Positions 49,040 through 59,995 are shown, numbered from the whole stretch's first letter. The stretch: DNA of 60,667 nt, filler included, from 4 parts of 4 records of this genome joined end to end with filler, not necessarily neighbours in it; one strand, 5' to 3'. The notes: generated by a model not told the origin, from the letters alone. Program-made: numbers and translations.

Positions 49040-49669
49040 TCATTTGCTTTCAAATTTATTCCAAATGTCATAAAGTTCGTTTACTTCTGTCCTCACGAAA
49101 TACTTGTCCCATAGCTCACAATTGCTCATATAAACCATACACTCTCCAAATTTTAAATATTGAGTTTGCGGAATTTTCTTTTTCCTTAAACACTTTCTTA
49201 AGATTTCAAGCCTTGCCTTTTCGTCTAAGTCAATAATATTTGAAATCTGCTCAATCTAATCTTCTGTAAATCTGTCCTTTATAGAATCAAAGTCTTTTAT
49301 CACGTTCCAATCTTTTTTTGCCCCCATACCAATATCCACTCTTCTGAATCGTCCTTTTTGTAAAGTAAAGTTTAGTTCGTCTTTTCTTTCAAAGTCAATG
49401 TTGTTCTTTATCAGTTCGTACTAAAACATTTCGTTAGCAACTCCAATAGTCTCTTTCCACATTGCCAGTATGTCATTTGTAATGGATTTTAATTTAGTCA
49501 ATGTGAAATGTTCGCTGTTTAGTCTTTCAGTCCAATAGTTACCGTGATTAATTATTGCTTCTTTCGTCTTAGAGTCAAATAAATCAAAGTCATTTAATAG
49601 GTCATTCTATATTTGAATTGTCCTTAAAAGTTGTTGTTTATATTCTGACTTCATTTCTGTCATTTTCAT
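49040..49669 (-). pseudogene. Cassette-borne 210-codon hypothetical gene with three in-frame TAG codons
   Basis: One frame MKMTEMKSEY...WNKFESK-TGA with TAG at codons 21, 83 and 138 and no frameshift. Preceded by GTTACAGGC and followed by GCCTTATAAC. Confidence 0.75.
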
Positions 49670-49954
49670 CTTTAAAAATGCCTGTAACATTTTGATGATA
49701 AGAGATTTACAGCACCGCACTAAAACTTGTTTTCGAAGATAGGAATGATTTTCTCAACTTAAGTGATATTGCGAAGCAAGAAGCCCGTAAGGTTTTTAGC
49801 GGCTTGTTCTAGGTAATCTACTTTAATTGTCATAATTAATTTAATACATTTACCCATGTTTTATTCCAAATAATGAGGTTGTAAAATACCACGTTTTCTC
49901 GCTTAAAACAATTTTAATAATGTGGCTATGGCACGTTTGATCTAAATTACATAT

Positions 49955-51684
49955 ATGATTAAGTTGAAGGTATTAATATTCTCCTTTTTATGTTCATGGA
50001 ACTTGATTTTAAATGCACAGGTTCCAGATTTCGATTGGGTAAAGACACCAAGCAGCACAGGCTTTACTTGGGCAGCTGCTATAACGACGGATTCTTTAGG
50101 TAATAGTTATACAGTAGGTCTGTTTCAAGGGACTACGGATTTTGATCCTGGTCCAGGCGTATTTTCACTCAATTCATTTAATAATTCTGTTTATGTATTG
50201 AAACTGTCTCCAGTTGGAGATTTTATTTGGGCTAAAAAAATTAGTGGAAATTTTGTTTATGGATCTTTGCCCGCTTTTGATATTGTTGCTGATACTGCTA
50301 ACAGTATTTTCATCACAGGTGGATTTAGTTATACAATTGATTTTGACCCTGGTGTTAATGTCTCGACTCAAACTTCAAATGGTCTATCCGATGTTTTTGT
50401 TTTAAAGCTGTCTGATTCAGGTGATTTTACATGGGTAAGAACATTTGGAGGCCCTAGTTATGACAGAGCTCATGGTATTGACGTAAATGACTTTGGAGAT
50501 ATAGTTGTTGTTGGACGATTTGAAGATTCCGTAGATTTTGACCCGGGAATTCCTGTAGAGTATAGAGTTTCAAATGGACTCATGGATGGTTTTGTTTGTG
50601 TTTTGGATGCGAGCGGCTCATTTAAGTGGGTTAATTCATACGGTAGTGCTAACTCTAATGATGAGATAAGAAAAGCAACGGTTGACTCAGATAAAAATGT
50701 CTATATAACTGGACAATTTGGTGATAGTCTAGACCTCGACCCTGGACCGGACACCTTAAGTTATTCGCCGGAGCCATGGATGAATTGCTTTATTCAGAAA
50801 TTGGACTCTCTGGGAAATGAGATATGGACTTCCGTATTTCCATGGACTTTTGCTCTTTCTTTGAGACATGATGGATTTGGGAGTGTTTATGCAACGGGGC
50901 TATTTCGGGATTCTACAGATTTCGATCCTGGTGTAAACACTAACATGTTTTATTCAGTTGGGAGTAGTGACGCGTTTTTATTGAAATTAACCGAAGACTT
51001 AGGAAGTTTTGAGTGGGTCAGAACTATTTCAGGTCCAAACAGTCAGATTGCCCGAGACGTTGACATTGATGGGGTAGGAAATGTCTTTTGGGCTGGTGAT
51101 TTCGGTGGCACGACAAATTTTGATCCTGGAGTAAGTGATTATAGTGTCACGTCTGGTGGCTTCGCTATCTGGGATGACGCATTCATTGAAAAAATGACCC
51201 CAAATGGTGATTTTGTATGGGTTCATCATTTTGGTAATATTGGTCAAGATCAAGTGTTGGCTATGGACGTAGACGATTTTGGAAGTATATTTTCTTGCGG
51301 AACATTTTCTAATCTTGTGGATTTTGATCCGGGAGGAGCTGTTTATACGGAATATGCAAGTCCTGGAGGTGGATTTACACATAAAATAAAAGAGTGTATT
51401 CCTGGAGTTTCCGACTTTTATCATACTACATGTGATTCATATAACTGGATTGACGGTAACACTTACACTTCGAGTAATTTTGAAGCGACGTATTCGCTTG
51501 CAGATTCAGCTTCAAATGGCTGCGACAGTATAGTGAAGCTTCACTTAACGATATTGAACCCTTCATTCGTAACGGACGTTATTGCGACATGCGACCCATA
51601 TACATGGATTGACGGAATAACGTACACTTCTTCAAATAACTCAGCAACATACATATTGACAAATGCACTTGGGTGTGATTCCAT
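49955..51684 (+). CDS. Secreted SBBP/beta-propeller repeat protein (DFDPG repeats), 3' truncated
   Basis: Signal peptide, seven repeats of G.F....D(F/L)DPG and C-terminal CDSYNWIDG...NGCDS repeats. Confidence 0.85.
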
Positions 51685-51784
51685 NNNNNNNNNNNNNNNN
51701 NNNNNNNNNNNNNNNNNNNNNNNNNNNNTTAATTAATTAANNNNNNNNNNNNNNNNNNNNNNNNNNNNNNNNNNNNNNNNNNNN
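51685..51784. other. Artificial contig linker
   Basis: N runs plus TTAATTAATTAA. Confidence 0.98.
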
Positions 51785-51868
51785 GGTACGGGCGAAGGGA
51801 CTCGAACCCCCACGTCTTGCGACACCAGGACCTAAACCTGGCGCGTCTACCAATTCCGCCACGCCCGC
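51785..51868 (-). tRNA. tRNA-Leu(TAG)
   Basis: GCGGGCGTGGCGGAATTGGTAGACGCGCCAGGTT-TAG-GTCCTGG, long variable arm, GGTTCGAGTCC, ending GCCCGTACC at the contig edge. Confidence 0.96.
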
Positions 51869-52317
51869 ACACAAGCACACAAATCATTCCGGTTGGACCG
51901 AAATGAGTGCGCCTTAATACAAACTTCGATCACCTCATGCAAGCATCGCCTTTTCGTCAAACGCAATCTTCGTGAAATTAACTGCCTCAACGCAGAAAAA
52001 CCGGGACTGTTCCGGGATTTTCAGGCGATCTAAAACCCAACGTAACAAGCGCTTTAAGGTGTTTGAGGTCGCAATTTCGCCGTACCCGACATCGCTTTTT
52101 CGAATTTTTTTGATCATCGACAGTTCAAAAACACGGTCCACCACCATCCTGGATGACAGATTTCAGCCCTTTTCAATGCGTTTGGCGCACTGGTTTCGAC
52201 ATACTGCACCACAATGTCAATCTATCGATCCATCCAGCTTTGCACATCCGGAATCGGCGAAGGCAGATAACTGTTAGATAGAACGGTACAAACCAGCACT
52301 GGCAACAGGCACCCCGC

Positions 52318-53781
52318 CTACCCCTTTTTACGCGATGCCAACCACAATTCGCGCAAGATCGCAGGCAGATGGTCGGGAATGTCTTCAGCGATCAGTCCCG
52401 GCCCGATATCTGCACCACATCGGGCATGCAACCAGACCCCCATGCAGGCTGCATCAAACATTTCCATGCCCTGTGCCATCAGCCCGCCAATAATTCCGGC
52501 CAATACATCACCCGATCCGGCGGTTGCCAACCATGGTGCTTCCATTGCACTGATCGCGGCCCGGCCATCCGGGGCAGCAATGACTGTATCCGCCCCTTTA
52601 ATCAGGACGGTCGCACCGCTACGCTTTGCCGCAGCACGGGCACGACATAGTTTATCGCCTTCAATATCAGGGAACAGACGGGAAAACTCACCCTCATGCG
52701 GGGTTAAAACTGTTGGGCCCTGAATGGCAAAACATAATGTCGACGGATCTTCGGAAAAACTTGTTAGCGCATCCGCATCCAGAACCGTCGCGCGGCACGG
52801 ATGTAAAAGCTGTATCACAAGGCTTTTGGTGCCGTCGCCAACGCCATATCCCGGTCCAATAACAAAGGCATTGTGCCGACAATCTTTAAGCAAGGCATCA
52901 AGCATGCCAATCGGGGCAGTCATATTGCCCGGCGCATCCGATGCGTAAACCGGCAACGCCGCCGGGTCAGACACAATGGTCAACAGCCCGACACCGGACC
53001 TTCGTGCCGCGCGTGCCACCAACCGGGTCGCACCGGTCATGCTGCCCCCGCCAAAGGCCAGCAAATGCCCACGATGATATTTATGCCCCTCAAGACCGGG
53101 CCAATGAATACCAGCCCGCCATAAAACCGGATCATTGCGCCAGCAGGTCGGGCGGATTTCAGAAATTGTCTTATCCGAAATCCCGATATCGCGTACTGAA
53201 AGCTCGCCGCACATCAAACGACCGGGCAAAAGATAATGCCCCGGCTTGGCCCGGCAAAAGGTCACTGTCAGGTCCGCCTTGACCCCGCATCCCCGAACCA
53301 TGCCAGTATTACCATCAACACCGGACGGCACATCAACCGCGACCACTGCACACATGCTTGAATTAATCGTCGTGATCAGTTCTGCGACATCCCCGGCAAT
53401 ATCGCGCGCCAACCCGGCACCAAAGATACAATCAACAATGAGATCCGCCCCAACCACAAGGGCCGGCGAAAGACGTTCGGTCGCACCATCCCATCGCGCG
53501 GCATGAAGGGCAGCATCGCCTTTAAGGGCATCGATATCCCCCAACAGGCCCAATCGCACAGACCAGCCTTCATCGCGCAGCAATTTGCCAATGACAAAGC
53601 CATCGCCGCCATTATTGCCCGGACCACATAAAACCGACACAGATCGGGGCGACCAGTGACGAACAATTTCTTCAAACACCGCACGTCCGGCATTTTGCAT
53701 CAAAATGTCGCCAGAAACCCCGCCTTCAATCGTGCGGTGATCGGCTTCATACATCTGATCAGTTGTCAGGATTTCAAACAT
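52318..53781 (-). CDS. nnr: Bifunctional NAD(P)H-hydrate epimerase/dehydratase
   Basis: LMQNAG, GPGNNGGDG, DVPSG, TPHEGEF and ATAGSGDVLAG. Confidence 0.93.
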   Translation of the reverse strand: MFEILTTDQMYEADHRTIEGGVSGDILMQNAGRAVFEEIVRHWSPRSVSVLCGPGNNGGDGFVIGKLLRDEGWSVRLGLLGDIDALKGDAALHAARWDGATERLSPALVVGADLIVDCIFGAGLARDIAGDVAELITTINSSMCAVVAVDVPSGVDGNTGMVRGCGVKADLTVTFCRAKPGHYLLPGRLMCGELSVRDIGISDKTISEIRPTCWRNDPVLWRAGIHWPGLEGHKYHRGHLLAFGGGSMTGATRLVARAARRSGVGLLTIVSDPAALPVYASDAPGNMTAPIGMLDALLKDCRHNAFVIGPGYGVGDGTKSLVIQLLHPCRATVLDADALTSFSEDPSTLCFAIQGPTVLTPHEGEFSRLFPDIEGDKLCRARAAAKRSGATVLIKGADTVIAAPDGRAAISAMEAPWLATAGSGDVLAGIIGGLMAQGMEMFDAACMGVWLHARCGADIGPGLIAEDIPDHLPAILRELWLASRKKG

Positions 53782-53977
53782 TTCACCCCGTCAGCTTTCC
53801 CGTCACAGGCGGCTTCACACAACAGTTACCCAAGGCCGAAAAAGAGCAACAGTCACAGGTAGCCATTTGTTTTACACATCAGTATATTGCAACCGATTTC
53901 GCAAGTCAGGTTGATCCCACACAGGCATATCACCCTGACCAGCAACAATAACGCACTTTCCGCAACAAGGCTTCCCA

Positions 53978-55243
53978 ATGCATGTTGTCGTAATGGGCGC
54001 TGGCGTCATCGGGACGACAGCCGCCTGGTATCTTTTGCAAAATGGCCATCAGGTCACAGTCATTGACCGCCAGCATGCAAGTGCGCAGGAAACAAGCTTT
54101 GCCAATGGCGGGCAAATTTCGGCATGCCATGCCACCCCTTGGGCAAATGCCAACACCCCGAAACAAATCATAAAGTGGCTGGGCCGCGAAGAAGCGCCGC
54201 TTCTGGTCAGGATGCGGTTTGACCCGCAGCTTTTTGCGTGGGGTTTGCGGTTCCTGCGTAACTGCACCGATGCCCGTGCCAAAATCAATCTGGAAAAGGC
54301 ATTGCGTGTGGCACTTTATAGCCGTGAATGCCTGCGCACCCTGCGGGATGATCTTGGTCTTGATTATGATCATAGCGAACGGGGTATTTTGCATATTTGC
54401 CGGGATGCGCATGAAATGGCATCTGTCACCACCGCAACCGAACAAATGCAACAGTTTGGCCTGAACCGCAAAACCGTTACCGCCGATGAATGCTATGAAA
54501 TTGAACCGGCTCTGCGCCAAAGCAATGCGCCGATTGTTGGCGGCAGTTATACCCCTGATGATGAAAGTGGCGATGCCCGCAAGTTCACTGAACTTTTGAC
54601 CCAACACTGCATTGCCAAGGGGGCGGCGTTTAAATTTAACACAGCCATTAAAACCTTGAAAAAGGACAACGGCAAAATCGTATCTGTTCAAACCGATCAG
54701 GGCGAAATTACCGCAGATGCCTTTTTGGTTTGCCTTGGCAGTTACAGCCCGCTTTTGGTCAAGCCACTTGGCATCGATTTGCCAATCTATCCGTGTAAGG
54801 GATATTCGATCAGCATCGATACCACAGGCTATAACGGGGCACCCAAAACCGCCCTGATCGATGACAGCGTTAAAATGGTGTATTCACGGCTTGGTCAACA
54901 GCTTCGCGTGGCGGGAACTGCCGAACTTGATGGTTATAACCTGCGCATGTCGCCAAAGCGCAAACAACTTATCGTCGATAAGGCATTAGAATTGTTCCCG
55001 AATTCCGGCAACAAGTCACAAATCGCGTTTTGGTCAGGCCTGCGGCCCGTTACACCTGATTCTGCCCCTATTCTTGGGGGTACAAAATATGGTAATCTGT
55101 TCGTTAATACGGGGCATGGGACGCTGGGTTGGACGATGAGTTGCGGATCAGCAAAAGCAATGGCCGATTTGATCAGCAACCAAGAACCTGACATCCCACT
55201 TACAGGGCTAGGTATCGAACGTTTCAATCGAACGGTACTTTAA
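53978..55243 (+). CDS. dadA: D-amino acid dehydrogenase
   Basis: GAGVIG, ETSFANGGQ, KGYS, WSGLRP and NTGHGTLGWTMSCGS. Confidence 0.92.
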   Translation: MHVVVMGAGVIGTTAAWYLLQNGHQVTVIDRQHASAQETSFANGGQISACHATPWANANTPKQIIKWLGREEAPLLVRMRFDPQLFAWGLRFLRNCTDARAKINLEKALRVALYSRECLRTLRDDLGLDYDHSERGILHICRDAHEMASVTTATEQMQQFGLNRKTVTADECYEIEPALRQSNAPIVGGSYTPDDESGDARKFTELLTQHCIAKGAAFKFNTAIKTLKKDNGKIVSVQTDQGEITADAFLVCLGSYSPLLVKPLGIDLPIYPCKGYSISIDTTGYNGAPKTALIDDSVKMVYSRLGQQLRVAGTAELDGYNLRMSPKRKQLIVDKALELFPNSGNKSQIAFWSGLRPVTPDSAPILGGTKYGNLFVNTGHGTLGWTMSCGSAKAMADLISNQEPDIPLTGLGIERFNRTVL

Positions 55244-55265
55244 AACTATGGGACCAGGGGCTGAA

Positions 55266-56375
55266 ATGACCAGCAATACACGGATTGGCACGACGAATGT
55301 GCCATTGGCCGATCAGGTTGTCCTGAACGCGCTTCCGTATGCGGCAGTGATTTGTGACCGCAATGGTTTTGTTCTGCAATGTAACGAAGCCATCGCACGC
55401 ATGCTTGGTGTTTCCCGCGACCGGATGATGGGCCGTAAGGCAGGTTTCCTTTCCAAGGGCCTAATGAATGACATTGAAGATGTCTTTGCCTCCGGCCGAT
55501 CTTGGCGGGGTGATATCATCCTTGTCGGTGCATCCAAGGAAAGCCACGTCTGCGACCTGTCCATCGCACCGCTCGAGTATTTCCAGAATAATGAAACCCG
55601 CACCGCCGTCTTGATGACGCTTCTGGAAAACAATCGTCAGCAACAGGCCGAGCGGTCCCTGATCGAACAAAATCGCAATCAATCCGATGCCAATGCCTCA
55701 AAATCCGACTTCATTGCCAATATGGGCCATGAATTGCGCACCCCTTTAAATGCAATTATCGGAAATTCCGAATTGATTGCCAAAGGCGTTCTTGGCGACA
55801 TTCCTGATGGATACCGCGATTGCGGACGTGATGTGTATGAAGCAGGCAAGCACCTGCTTGAACTGGTCAACAACGTTCTTGATGTGTCCAAGCTTTCAGC
55901 AGGCTCCATGACACTTCAGCTTGACGACGTTGATCTTGGTGCCGTGATCACTGAGGCCGGGAAGCTTGTGCGCGGTGATCTTATTCATCATGGCCACAGC
56001 TTGAATTTCGATCTGCCGCAGAAGGTCGTTACACTGCGCTGTGACAAGCTGAAACTTAAACAGATCCTGATCAACATCCTGAGCAACGCCGCCAAGTTCA
56101 CCCCGGACGGCGGACAGATCAAAATCGGCCTGTCGATGACGCTCGACGATATCACCATTGCGATCGAAGATAATGGTGTCGGCATGAGCCCGAATGATAT
56201 TCCCCGCGCCCTTGCCCGGTTCTCGCAGCTTCATCCATCCGGGGTAAAGGAAAGTGCCGGGACGGGTCTTGGCCTTCCGCTGGCAAAGCTTCTGGTCGAA
56301 CTGCATGGCGGGCGGCTTAGCATCGAAAGTGCGCTTGGCAAAGGCACAACGGTACGCATTACCCTGCCACGCTAA
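55266..56375 (+). CDS. Cytoplasmic PAS sensor histidine kinase
   Basis: PAS domain, FIANMGHELRTPLN, NILSNAAKFT, DNGVG and GTGLGL. Alternative start 55248. Confidence 0.88.
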   Translation: MTSNTRIGTTNVPLADQVVLNALPYAAVICDRNGFVLQCNEAIARMLGVSRDRMMGRKAGFLSKGLMNDIEDVFASGRSWRGDIILVGASKESHVCDLSIAPLEYFQNNETRTAVLMTLLENNRQQQAERSLIEQNRNQSDANASKSDFIANMGHELRTPLNAIIGNSELIAKGVLGDIPDGYRDCGRDVYEAGKHLLELVNNVLDVSKLSAGSMTLQLDDVDLGAVITEAGKLVRGDLIHHGHSLNFDLPQKVVTLRCDKLKLKQILINILSNAAKFTPDGGQIKIGLSMTLDDITIAIEDNGVGMSPNDIPRALARFSQLHPSGVKESAGTGLGLPLAKLLVELHGGRLSIESALGKGTTVRITLPR

Positions 56376-56407
56376 GATCAAACCTCAGTAAAGCACACCT
56401 GATACAA

Positions 56408-56450
56408 CAAAGCCCGCATGGCACACCCCAATGGTCCAATGCGGGCTTTC
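56408..56450. terminator. Probable bidirectional terminator
   Basis: AAAGCCCGCAT...ATGCGGGCTTT between convergent genes. Confidence 0.6.
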
Positions 56451-56470
56451 TTATTTACCGTCATGTCTGG

Positions 56471-56947
56471 CTATTGCGTCGCAGACTGATTGATCTGATC
56501 GTGGCGCAACCTGATGTCATTTGGCCATCGGCTTTTGATGTAAGACAGGCTTGCCAGAATTTCTTCATCGCTCAGCACATCGGCAAATCCCGGCATGGCT
56601 GATTGATAATCGTCACCCGCCATCGCGCCCGGACCAAATTTGGTCAAGGCAAACAATACGGCATCGGGGTGATGCCAAGTATGGCCGGTTTCGTCATGTG
56701 GGGGTGCCGGAAGCAATCCATCAGGCCCGCGTTCGCGCCAGTTTGCTTCGCCTTCAAACTTAACCCCGTGGCATGATGCACAGTTCGCGTCATAAACCTT
56801 CTTGCCCAGAGCGACAAGTTTCAAATCATCTGGCCGCAATTGCACAGATGGATCGACCGCTGCCGCAGGGGCAAACAAGGTAATGATGCCATACATAATC
56901 GCACCACCGGCCAACGCACCAAACGCCATAACACCTTTGTTCTGCAC
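56471..56947 (-). CDS. c-type cytochrome
   Basis: N-terminal anchor, CASCHG, APPHDETGHTWHH and MPGF. Confidence 0.9.
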   Translation of the reverse strand: MQNKGVMAFGALAGGAIMYGIITLFAPAAAVDPSVQLRPDDLKLVALGKKVYDANCASCHGVKFEGEANWRERGPDGLLPAPPHDETGHTWHHPDAVLFALTKFGPGAMAGDDYQSAMPGFADVLSDEEILASLSYIKSRWPNDIRLRHDQINQSATQ

Positions 56948-56988
56948 TGTATTAATTCTCTCTCTAATCGTTTTGTCGGGCTTTCGCG

Positions 56989-57372
56989 TTAACGTGCCAG
57001 ATCATTGATAATGGGACAGTTCGGACGATCATCGCCGTGACAGGCATGAACAAGGTCCGACAATGTCGTTTGCAGACTTTGCAGTTCCGCAATCTTGCGC
57101 TGGATTTCAGCCAGGTGAGTTTTGGCGATTTCCTTCACATCGGCGGATGCGCGGTTACGGTCTTCGTAAAGTGACAATAACCCCCGGCAGTCCTCGACCG
57201 AAAAACCAAGCCCGCGCGCACGCTGTAAAAACCGTAATTTGTGTAAATCATCATCCCCGTAATCCCGGTATCCGTTGCTTAAACGCCCGGGATTCACAAG
57301 GCCGATTTCCTCGTAATACCGAATGGTTTTAGCAGGAAGGCCACATTCAGTCGCCGCATCAGAAATATTCAT
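56989..57372 (-). CDS. cueR: Cu(I)-responsive MerR regulator
   Basis: IRYYEEIGL, NGYRDY and C-terminal CHGDDRPNCPI. Confidence 0.95.
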   Translation of the reverse strand: MNISDAATECGLPAKTIRYYEEIGLVNPGRLSNGYRDYGDDDLHKLRFLQRARGLGFSVEDCRGLLSLYEDRNRASADVKEIAKTHLAEIQRKIAELQSLQTTLSDLVHACHGDDRPNCPIINDLAR

Positions 57373-57376
57373 CCTT

Positions 57377-59872
57377 CTATTCCTTACCCCCTGCTTTCCA
57401 GCCGCGCAGGGTCAATGAATTCCCCACAACCGAAACAGAACTCAGCGCCATCGCCGCCCCCGCAATCGCCGGGCTCAGAACCCCAAAGGCCGCAAGTGGT
57501 ACACCAACCACGTTATAGGCAAAGGCCCAAAACAGGTTTTGCGCAATCTTGCGTCGGGTCGCGATCGATATATCAATGGCAGCAGACACTAGTGCCGGGT
57601 CCGAACGCATCAACGTGATCCCGGCCGTTTCCATGGCCACATCGGTCCCGCCCCCCATGGCAATCCCAACATCGGCCGCGGCCAGTGCCGGGGCATCATT
57701 GATACCATCACCAACCATGGCAACATGACGGCCCTGTTTGCGCAGCTTTTCAACCTCAAGCGCCTTGTCTTGCGGACGAATGCGGCCTTCTCCACGTTCC
57801 AATCCCAATTCGCGGGCTACATAACTGGCAACGTCCTGACTATCACCTGACAGCATAATCGATGAAATGCCGCGTGCCTTCAGATCGGCAATCGCCTGTT
57901 TGGCCGTTTCGCGAATGCGGTCCTCAAGGGTGATGTAACCGGCAAAGACACCGTCAACCGCAATCAGAATGACGGTACGCCCCTCACCTTCATGCTTTTG
58001 AATTGCCGTGGCGGTTTCATCATTTGGTTGCTTGATCCCTTGGTCGGAAAGCAAGGCTTCGCTGCCAATCGCGACTTTGCGGCCATCGATTTCTGCCATG
58101 ACACCGGCACCGGTTTTCCCTTTGAAGTTGGTGATTTCGGGAACTGTCATTTCTTCATCACGGGCAAGCGATACAATCGCCCGTGCCAATGGATGTTCAC
58201 TGGCGGCTTGCACCCCGGCAGTCAGCCGCACCAATTCATTGCGATCCATGCCATCAACCGGGCAAACATCGCGCACGGTTGGTGTACCTTCGGTCAGGGT
58301 GCCGGTTTTATCAAAAATGACCGTATCGACGTTATGGGCCTGTTCAAGCGCATCAAAGTTCCGGATCAGGATACCATTGCGTGCAGCACTCCCCGTTCCT
58401 GCGACAAGGGCCGTCGGCGTTGCCAGCCCCAACGCACAAGGACATGCGATCACCAACACAGAAACCGCCGCCACAATGGATGCTTCGCCGCCAAAGCCCG
58501 TCAACAGCCAACCGATCATGGTCGCGAATGCAATGGCGACAACAACCGGTACGAACACTGCCGATACACGGTCGACAAGCTTTTGCACCGGGGCCTTGCC
58601 CGTCTGTGCCTGTTCAACCAGACGAATGATGCGCGACAATGTGGTGTCATCACCAACAGCACGGACTTCGATATCAAGCCGCCCTGTGCCATTGACAGCA
58701 CCGCCAACAACCGCGTCACCAGGCACACGGGCAACCGGGCGGGTTTCCCCGGTAATCAGGCTTTCATCAAGATCACTTTCACCAGAACGGACTGTGCCGT
58801 CGACCGGCAAACGCTCACCCGGAAGAACGCGCACGATATCACCGACTACAAGGCTTTCGATGGCAACGTCTTGTTCGCCCTCGCCTTCAATCAACTTACG
58901 TGCCCGACGTGGGCGCAGCGCCATCAATTCACGAATGGCCGCAGACGCCCCGCGTTTGGCGCGCTCTTCCATGATCTTACCGGCAAGGATCAGGGTGATG
59001 ATGGCTGCAGATGCTTCGAAATACAGATGTGTTTCCGAACCACTGCTTAGTGCCATGTTATAGATACTCAGGAAATAAGCAGCCGACGTCCCAAGTGCGA
59101 CGAGAACATCCATATTCGCACTTCGATGACGAAGGGCGGCCCAGGCACCTTTGTAAAAACGTCTGCCGATTATAAATTGAACCGGTGTCGCCAATGCAAG
59201 TTCGACCCACGCAGGAAGATGATACGCGACACCAAAGTTCATCCACACCATCTGCAACACCAAAGGTGCCGTCAAAAGTGCCGATATGGCCAAAAGGATC
59301 AATGATCTGTCGATTTTGGCAGCAGGCGCTGTGTCCCCCGCATCCGGTCCATCGCTACCATCGCCGGCATCCGAATTGGACTTATTTCGCGATGTTGCAT
59401 GATAACCGGCATCTTCAATCGCCTTGATCACCACTGCATCCGTGATTTTACCCGGCAATGCCGAAATATCAGCACGTTCCAACGCGAAATTCACACTGGC
59501 TGATGTCACATCAGGCATCGCCGACAACGCCTTTTCGACGCGAAGAGCGCAATTGGCACAGGTCATGCCATCAATATCAAAGGATAATTGGCTTTGCTGT
59601 ACGCTGTAACCGGCATCTTTGATCGCATCGGCAATCTTGGCAGTATCAATTTTGTCGCGATCAAAGCGGATATGGGCTTTATTCAGCGCAAGGTTGACGT
59701 CAACCTCTGCCACACCATCCAGTCCCTTAACCGCCTTTTCCACACGGCCCACACAGCTTGCGCAACTCATCCCGTCAATAAGCAAACTGATGTCGGCTTG
59801 ATTCGAACCGGTTGGTTTCCCGGACGCAGCACCGCCATTTGCGGTCTCAAATGTTTCTGTCCGACTGTCCAT
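57377..59872 (-). CDS. copA: Cu(I)-translocating P1B-1 ATPase
   Basis: Two GMxCxxC domains, TGE, CPCALGLATP, DKTGT, SEHP, GDGIND, YN and MALSS. Confidence 0.95.
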   Translation of the reverse strand: MDSRTETFETANGGAASGKPTGSNQADISLLIDGMSCASCVGRVEKAVKGLDGVAEVDVNLALNKAHIRFDRDKIDTAKIADAIKDAGYSVQQSQLSFDIDGMTCANCALRVEKALSAMPDVTSASVNFALERADISALPGKITDAVVIKAIEDAGYHATSRNKSNSDAGDGSDGPDAGDTAPAAKIDRSLILLAISALLTAPLVLQMVWMNFGVAYHLPAWVELALATPVQFIIGRRFYKGAWAALRHRSANMDVLVALGTSAAYFLSIYNMALSSGSETHLYFEASAAIITLILAGKIMEERAKRGASAAIRELMALRPRRARKLIEGEGEQDVAIESLVVGDIVRVLPGERLPVDGTVRSGESDLDESLITGETRPVARVPGDAVVGGAVNGTGRLDIEVRAVGDDTTLSRIIRLVEQAQTGKAPVQKLVDRVSAVFVPVVVAIAFATMIGWLLTGFGGEASIVAAVSVLVIACPCALGLATPTALVAGTGSAARNGILIRNFDALEQAHNVDTVIFDKTGTLTEGTPTVRDVCPVDGMDRNELVRLTAGVQAASEHPLARAIVSLARDEEMTVPEITNFKGKTGAGVMAEIDGRKVAIGSEALLSDQGIKQPNDETATAIQKHEGEGRTVILIAVDGVFAGYITLEDRIRETAKQAIADLKARGISSIMLSGDSQDVASYVARELGLERGEGRIRPQDKALEVEKLRKQGRHVAMVGDGINDAPALAAADVGIAMGGGTDVAMETAGITLMRSDPALVSAAIDISIATRRKIAQNLFWAFAYNVVGVPLAAFGVLSPAIAGAAMALSSVSVVGNSLTLRGWKAGGKE

Positions 59873-59912
59873 ATCACGTAACCTCAAACTGGTTTCCTAT
59901 CTGATATGACAG

Positions 59913-59943
59913 AAGATAGACCTTCCAGCAACTGGAAGGTCAA
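59913..59943 (-). promoter_or_regulatory. CueR-dependent promoter and operator
   Basis: TTGACC-N19-TATCTT with the palindrome ACCTTCC-N7-GGAAGGT (59920-59940). Confidence 0.92.
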
Positions 59944-59995
59944 GGCAAAAAGACACGCCTGCGATAAATCATTCAACCAGCCGGGAATTCGCCAC

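Noticed and set aside
49955-51684. Regularly spaced GATTTTGATCC-type repeats as a CRISPR or DGR array
   Set aside because: They are degenerate codons of DFDPG protein repeats within one ORF, and no cas or reverse transcriptase gene is present.
42894-51684. Genome-wide TAG recoding in the Bacteroidota contig
   Set aside because: Genes at 43044-46046 and 46121-47830 end at TAG at natural protein ends, beside a shared terminator.
51785-51868. tRNA-Leu as a prophage or island attachment site
   Set aside because: The contig ends at the tRNA 3' end, so no integrase or duplicated att is visible and this cannot be supported.
51935-52277. Short ORFs between tRNA-Leu and nnr
   Set aside because: No SD, no motifs, and they overlap on opposite strands. 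Probably promoter or intergenic DNA.
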